Part shown: one piece after another, positions 59,032-64,000 of the stretch
Numbering within the stretch: the first letter of the stretch is position 1
How the letters are laid out: each line of letters starts with the position of its first letter
Assembly: GCA_026397315.1 (NCBI GenBank)
Contig: JAPLVC010000001.1
Location: 96,001-160,000, forward strand
DNA from: Candidatus Aenigmatarchaeota archaeon
Lineage (GTDB): Archaea > Aenigmatarchaeota > Aenigmatarchaeia > QMZP01 > QMZT01
Direction: 5' to 3'
DNA length: 64,000 nucleotides
The notes under the pieces: model-generated
Databases searched by the model: none
What the model was told of the DNA's origin: nothing
The model's input: the letters and a program-made list of their open reading frames with translations, nothing else
Translations under genes and position numbers: made by a program

Positions 59032-59964
59032 ATGGCAGAGGGTTACGGTTTCGGCAAAATCATTTTGTTCGGCGAGCATTTCGTCGTCTACGGCCTGCCC
59101 GCGATAGCTTCGGCCATAGGGGATAAAACCATCGCCACAGTCGAGACGTCGAAAAAATTCGAACTGGTCGACAAGCGGCCAGCGACAGACGGATACAAGG
59201 TGACCAAGAAAGACGAGATGGACCGCTCGATGAAGCTCATACTCGACTTCATGAAAATCAATCCCGTCAAAACGCCGGTCAAAATCACGCTGTCAGGCAA
59301 CCTCTTCTGCACGAGCGGCATAGGGGCGAGCGCCGCGATGGCGACATCGATTGCCCGCGCCTTTTCAGAACATTTCAACCTCAGTCTCAATGACGAACAG
59401 GTGAACAGGATTTCATACGAAGGAGAGAAAGGTTCGGCAGGCACGCCTTCGGGCATCGATAACACCTGCGCGACTTTCGGTGGCCTGTTATGGTTCGAGA
59501 AGAACCTGAAAGGCGGCGAGAACAGGATGGAGCTGATAAAGGCGAAGAAGCCGATAGAAATCGTGCTTGGCAACACCGGCATATCGCAGGAGACGAAGCT
59601 CGTCGTCGAGGACGTAAAAAAAGCGAGAGAAGCGGACCCGAAGCGATACGAACGCATATTCAGCGATTACATGAAGCTTGTGAAAGAGGCGAGAGGCGTT
59701 ATCGAGCGAGGAGACATCAAAAGGCTCGGCGCGCTTATGGACGAGAACCACCGTCTGCTGAAGGAAATGGGTCTTTCGTGCGTCCAGGCTGAAGATATAA
59801 TAAGCGTCGCCAAGGCGAACGGCGCGGCTGGCGCGAAGATAACAGGCACCGGCCGCGGCGGTTATGTGATACTGCTCACGCCGGGAAAAGCGGTTCAGGA
59901 CAAAGTGGCGAAAGCGATAGAGACGAAGGGTTACAAGACGCTCAAGACGGAAATCGGCGTTTAA
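59032..59964 (+). CDS. mvk: mevalonate kinase
   Basis: GKIILFGEHFVVYG, SGIGASAA, GTPSGIDN, GAKITGTGRGG. Confidence 0.95.
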   Translation: MAEGYGFGKIILFGEHFVVYGLPAIASAIGDKTIATVETSKKFELVDKRPATDGYKVTKKDEMDRSMKLILDFMKINPVKTPVKITLSGNLFCTSGIGASAAMATSIARAFSEHFNLSLNDEQVNRISYEGEKGSAGTPSGIDNTCATFGGLLWFEKNLKGGENRMELIKAKKPIEIVLGNTGISQETKLVVEDVKKAREADPKRYERIFSDYMKLVKEARGVIERGDIKRLGALMDENHRLLKEMGLSCVQAEDIISVAKANGAAGAKITGTGRGGYVILLTPGKAVQDKVAKAIETKGYKTLKTEIGV

Positions 59965-60065
59965 TATTCGACGATTGGCGTCTTTCAACAATTTAAAATA
60001 AGAACCCAATTTTTCTATTAAGAATATTGAATATCAAACGGTTGAAAGAGTTCAGGGTGATTTTG

Positions 60066-61346
60066 ATGAACATGAGGGAATTCGTCGATTTGCTGGACAA
60101 GAAGGGATTGCTTGTAAAAGTCAGCAAGCCAGTCGATACCAAATACGAGATTTCGACCATAGTCAAGATGCTAGCGGGAAAGCCCGTGCTTTTCGAGCAC
60201 GTCAAAGGTCATGACATGCCGGTCGTATCGAATGTCTGCTCGACGCGCGACCTCGTCTGTCTCGGCCTCGATATCGACAAGAAGGACCTCATAGCGAAGC
60301 TCACGCATGCGATCGAGAACCCGGCGGAGCCGACGAAGAAAGTGTCGCACGAATATCACGAGCTGGAATGCGATTTGCACAAGCTTCCGATTCTGACTTA
60401 CTATCCAAAGGACGGCGGGCCGTACATTGCGTCCGGCATCGCTATCGCCAGGGACGCAGAACACGGCACGAACGCTTCTTACCATAGGGCCATGATTCTC
60501 GGCAAGGACAGGATGGTGCTTCGCATTCTCGAACGCCACCTGAACGAGTACAAGAAGCGCGGGCTCAAGGAATTCGCCTTCTGCATAGGCAATCCCACGA
60601 CCGTTCTGATTGGGGCTGCGATTTCGGCTGAACTTGGAAAAAACGAGCTTGCGATAGCGAACGCGCTGCATGAGACGCATACCATCGAACTGAACGGGCA
60701 TATTGTCCCTGAGAGCGAGATAGTGATGATATGCGAGTTCACTGGCGAGCTCGCCGAGGAGGGGCCGTTCCTCGACCTGACCGAGACTTTCGACATAGTC
60801 AGAAAACAGTCTGTGGTGCGCGTCAAGAAAATCTACGCGAAGAAAAACGCGCTCTTCCACGCGCTGCTTCCCGGTGATTTAGAACACAAGATTCTCATGG
60901 GTATGCCGAGAGAGCCGACGATATTCCGCGAGGTGAACAAGGTCTGCGACTGCCGCGACGTTTACATCACGCCCGGCGGATGCTCATGGCTGCACGGAGC
61001 GGTCAAGATTCACAAGAAGCACGACGATGACGGGCGCAAGGCGATAGAAGCCGCGTTCAAGGGTCACGCTTCGATGAAGCACGTTTTCGTCGTCGACGAC
61101 GACATAAACATTGAAGAGCCGAAGGAAATTGAGTGGGCGCTAGCGACGCGTTTCCAGGGTGACAAGGACATGATAGTCAGAACGAAAGAGAAAGGCTCGT
61201 CCCTCGATCCTTCGTCTGACATGGCGACGCGCGAGACGACTAAAGTCGGCTTCGACCTTACAAAGCCGCTCGTCTCGAAGGGCAAGGATTTCAGCAGACC
61301 CGAGCTGCCCATGAAAATAAATCTTGAAGATTACTTGGTGGAGTAG
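60066..61346 (+). CDS. ubiD: UbiD-family prFMN decarboxylase, probable anhydromevalonate phosphate decarboxylase
   Basis: DGGPYI, SYHR, EGPFLD, GGCSWLH, VVDDDI, EWALATR, GSSLDPS; operon with mvk and AcnX. Confidence 0.92.
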   Translation: MNMREFVDLLDKKGLLVKVSKPVDTKYEISTIVKMLAGKPVLFEHVKGHDMPVVSNVCSTRDLVCLGLDIDKKDLIAKLTHAIENPAEPTKKVSHEYHELECDLHKLPILTYYPKDGGPYIASGIAIARDAEHGTNASYHRAMILGKDRMVLRILERHLNEYKKRGLKEFAFCIGNPTTVLIGAAISAELGKNELAIANALHETHTIELNGHIVPESEIVMICEFTGELAEEGPFLDLTETFDIVRKQSVVRVKKIYAKKNALFHALLPGDLEHKILMGMPREPTIFREVNKVCDCRDVYITPGGCSWLHGAVKIHKKHDDDGRKAIEAAFKGHASMKHVFVVDDDINIEEPKEIEWALATRFQGDKDMIVRTKEKGSSLDPSSDMATRETTKVGFDLTKPLVSKGKDFSRPELPMKINLEDYLVE

Positions 61347-61673
61347 ATGCGCATGCTAACTGCAGGAAAGGGCAAATACAAAGTATGGCTGAAAGAAGCG
61401 AGGCAGGGGAAGGACTTGGTGCTCTTTCTCGGCGGCGGCGAGAGGACACATATAGGATCAGTCGTCGTGTGCGCTCCAGGGAAACCAGCGAAAGTCATCA
61501 ACAGGAAAGGCCATTACGATTGGATGGTCGCCATGCCCATAGCGGAGAAAAAGAGCAGAAAGACAAAGAAGGCGGTCGTGTGCATAGCCGGGATTCACGT
61601 TAACAATGCTAGCAAAAAAGAGATAGAGATTCTCAAAAAGAACTGTAAAAAAATAGAGGATTATATTAGATGA
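61347..61673 (+). CDS. LpdD-like prenylated-flavin chaperone
   Basis: GKDLVLFLGGG..HIGSV, GHYD, VVCIAGIHVNNA..EI motifs; starts immediately after the ubiD stop. Confidence 0.7.
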   Translation: MRMLTAGKGKYKVWLKEARQGKDLVLFLGGGERTHIGSVVVCAPGKPAKVINRKGHYDWMVAMPIAEKKSRKTKKAVVCIAGIHVNNASKKEIEILKKNCKKIEDYIR

Positions 61674-62260
61674 GTCTTATGAAGCGGAACAAGTGGTATA
61701 AAATTTTACTCAAGGAAGCCGAAATGTATTTGAAAAAAGCACCAAAAGTTTCGCCAGTGCACAAATCCGATCACCTGAAAAGGGTCTGGAAGAGGTCGGA
61801 GATCCTGTGCAAGAGTCTGAACTGCGATCCTGATGTCATGGTTGCGGCATGCCTTCTTCATGATCTTGGAAGGCATCACGGGCTCGAAATACACGGAAGG
61901 AAATCAGCCGAACTCGCAAAGCCCATACTTGAAAGGCATAACTTTCCCAGGGACAAAATACCCAAAGTCCTGGATGCGATAGCTCAGCATGACTATAATT
62001 TTCCGCCTGCCGAAAGAAAATCAATAGAGTCCAAGATTCTTTACGATGCCGACAAAATGGACGCTTTCGGAACAGTGGGCATTTACAGGCACTTGCTATT
62101 CATTGAGGCGGGCAGGATAAGGATGAACGAGGTCATTCCACTGCTAGAAAAAAGATGGACTGGTTTAACGCTGATTGAAAGCAGAAAAATCGCAAAGGAG
62201 GATTACGAATACACAGTTAACTTTTTTAAAAGCTTGCAAAAAGAATTGAAGGAGGCATGA
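61670..62260 (+). CDS. HD-domain phosphohydrolase
   Basis: HKSDH..RV, LLHDLG, AQH, LYDADKMDA. Confidence 0.9.
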   Translation: MSLMKRNKWYKILLKEAEMYLKKAPKVSPVHKSDHLKRVWKRSEILCKSLNCDPDVMVAACLLHDLGRHHGLEIHGRKSAELAKPILERHNFPRDKIPKVLDAIAQHDYNFPPAERKSIESKILYDADKMDAFGTVGIYRHLLFIEAGRIRMNEVIPLLEKRWTGLTLIESRKIAKEDYEYTVNFFKSLQKELKEA

Positions 62261-62263
62261 ATT

Positions 62264-63445
62264 ATGTATCTCACTAAAGAACAGGAGAATATGCTTAATG
62301 GCGGGCACGGCGAAGTCGTCGAAAGGCAAATGCGGCTGCTTGTGCGGCTCGGCGAAATATACAAGGCCGACAAGATGATAGACGTCGGCTCCGTGCAGGT
62401 CGCCGGCGTTTCATACAAGTCGATAGGCGACCCGGGTCTCGAGTTCCTCGAGGATATTGCTCACAAAGGAGCGAAGGTCAAGGTCCTGACTTTTTTGAAT
62501 CCCGCGGGTATGGACATGGAGAACTGGAGGGAAATAGGCTTCCCCGAAAGCTTCGCGACGATGCAGAAGAAGGTTATGGACGCGTTCGAGCAGATGGGCA
62601 TCGTCATGTCAGCGACATGCACGCCATATCTCGCCGGCAACCTGCCTCGCTTCCGCGAGCACATCGCATGGTCCGAGAGCTCGGCTGTTTCATTTTCCAA
62701 TTCAGTAATTGGTGCAAGGACGAACCGTGAAGGCGGACCGTCCGCACTGGCGGCTGCGATATGCGGCTTCACTCCGAACTACGGCCTGCACCTCGACGAG
62801 AACAGGAAGCCCCACATGCTCGTGAAAGTCGACGCGAAGCTGGAATACAACTCGGATTTCGGCGCGCTCGGCTACCACGTAGGCAAGATCGCCGGCAGCA
62901 AGATTCCTTATTTCACCGGCATAAAGAACGCGAACACCGACAATCTCAAAGCGCTCGGCGCTGCGATGGCGGCCAGCGGGGCTGTCGCTCTCTATCATGC
63001 GGAAGGTCTTACGCCAGAAGCGAGCACGATGGAAACGAAAGGCCTCGAGATCATAGAGGTCGGCGAGAAGGAGCTGAAAGAAGCGTATGCGAAACTCAAC
63101 ACGGGCAAGGACCCGGACCTCGTCGTCGTGGGATGCCCGCACGCATCGCTCAGGGAGATAATAACAATCGCGAAAAAAATCGATGGCAAGCACCTGAAAA
63201 AGCCGTTCTGGATATGCACCTCGCGCGTCATGAAGGACGCTGCGACGCGCATGGGCCTGACGGCAACGATAGAGAAAGCAGGCGGAAAAATCGTGGCTGA
63301 TACGTGCATGGTCGTCTCGCCCATCGAGGAAATGGGCTTCAAGACGACCGGAGTCGACTCTGGAAAAGCGGGAAACTATCTTCCCGGCTTCTGCAAGCAG
63401 AGCGTCGTGTTCAAGAACATAGACGATCTGATAAAATCCGGATGA
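62264..63445 (+). CDS. aconitase X large subunit, probable phosphomevalonate dehydratase
   Basis: GVSYKSIG, CTPY, WSESSA..NS..GARTNRE, GCPH, DTCMVV (three Cys ligands). Confidence 0.93.
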   Translation: MYLTKEQENMLNGGHGEVVERQMRLLVRLGEIYKADKMIDVGSVQVAGVSYKSIGDPGLEFLEDIAHKGAKVKVLTFLNPAGMDMENWREIGFPESFATMQKKVMDAFEQMGIVMSATCTPYLAGNLPRFREHIAWSESSAVSFSNSVIGARTNREGGPSALAAAICGFTPNYGLHLDENRKPHMLVKVDAKLEYNSDFGALGYHVGKIAGSKIPYFTGIKNANTDNLKALGAAMAASGAVALYHAEGLTPEASTMETKGLEIIEVGEKELKEAYAKLNTGKDPDLVVVGCPHASLREIITIAKKIDGKHLKKPFWICTSRVMKDAATRMGLTATIEKAGGKIVADTCMVVSPIEEMGFKTTGVDSGKAGNYLPGFCKQSVVFKNIDDLIKSG

Positions 63446-63494
63446 CGACTTGAATTTATGTTCAAGGTCGTCTTTCGAAGGAAATGGTGATGTC

Positions 63495-63893
63495 ATGACG
63501 AAAGAAGTTATGAAAGGAAGAAGCATTTCGCCTGGGAAAGCGGAAGGCGAAGCGATAGTTTCGAAGACGCCGCTCGGATTCTACGGCGGCATCGATGCAA
63601 AAACGGGCATCGTCATCGAGAAGGGTCATGAGCTTGAGGGAAAGAACGTCAAAGATAAGATTCTCGTTTTCCCCACAGGCAAGGGCTCGACGGTCGGCTC
63701 TTACGTCATATATGGACTGAAAAAGAACGGCGTCGCTCCCAAGGCGATAATCAACAAGGAGACGGAAACCATCGTCGCTACGGGCGTGATTCTCGCCGAC
63801 ATACCGTGCGTCGACCAGATAGACATAGAGAAGCTGAACACGGGCGACAGGCTGAAAGTCGACGCAACGAAGGGAACGGTAGAGCATGCGTGA
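63495..63893 (+). CDS. aconitase X small (swiveling, DUF126) subunit
   Basis: GGIDAKTG, KILVFPTGKGSTVGSY, IVATGVIL. Confidence 0.93.
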   Translation: MTKEVMKGRSISPGKAEGEAIVSKTPLGFYGGIDAKTGIVIEKGHELEGKNVKDKILVFPTGKGSTVGSYVIYGLKKNGVAPKAIINKETETIVATGVILADIPCVDQIDIEKLNTGDRLKVDATKGTVEHA

Positions 63894-64000
63894 CGCTTCA
63901 GAAAAGGAAAGAATCATAGTCGGCATTTCAGGCAGTTCATGCGCCATCCTTGGCGTGCGCTTTCTCGAGGTCGCAAAAAAGCTCGGCTTGGAGACGCATC
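63886..64000 (+). CDS. ubiX: UbiX flavin prenyltransferase (5' part, runs off the window)
   Basis: MRDASEKERIIVGISGSSCAILGVRFLEV..ETH matches the UbiX N-terminus; operon context. Confidence 0.85.
   Translation, partial: MRDASEKERIIVGISGSSCAILGVRFLEVAKKLGLETH

Overview
Archaeal chromosomal segment, most likely DPANN and possibly Aenigmatarchaeota-like. This is inferred from gene content, Cys-rich CTDSDGG surface repeats, Lys-rich protein tails and non-canonical tRNA introns, not from a phylogeny. Housekeeping content: uS15, a complete A/V-type ATP synthase operon (H-I-K-E-C-F-A-B-D), rpo7-spt4-eS24-eS27-aIF2alpha, SRP54, PINA-hisS, aMBF1, pelota, TrkH, aIF1A-Dim2-topo VI, Trm1, TFB and aIF5A. 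The right end holds an archaeal modified-mevalonate operon (mvk, UbiD-type decarboxylase, AcnX large and small subunits, ubiX) with two extra genes, an LpdD-like protein and an HD hydrolase. Features that the ORF track does not show: tRNA-Asn with a T-stem intron; tRNA-Phe with two BHB introns (4/5 and 30/31) overlapping the 3' end of a free-standing LAGLIDADG gene; a 51-aa SWIB-like protein; a 24-aa acidic peptide; a branched RNA leader before rps15; and attC-like elements in an AT-rich island. A second LAGLIDADG gene is fused in frame to FAD synthase RibL. A giant surface protein appears to be built from AT-rich cassettes joined by near-identical GC-rich DNA joints. All calls come from motif recognition by eye; no searches were run.
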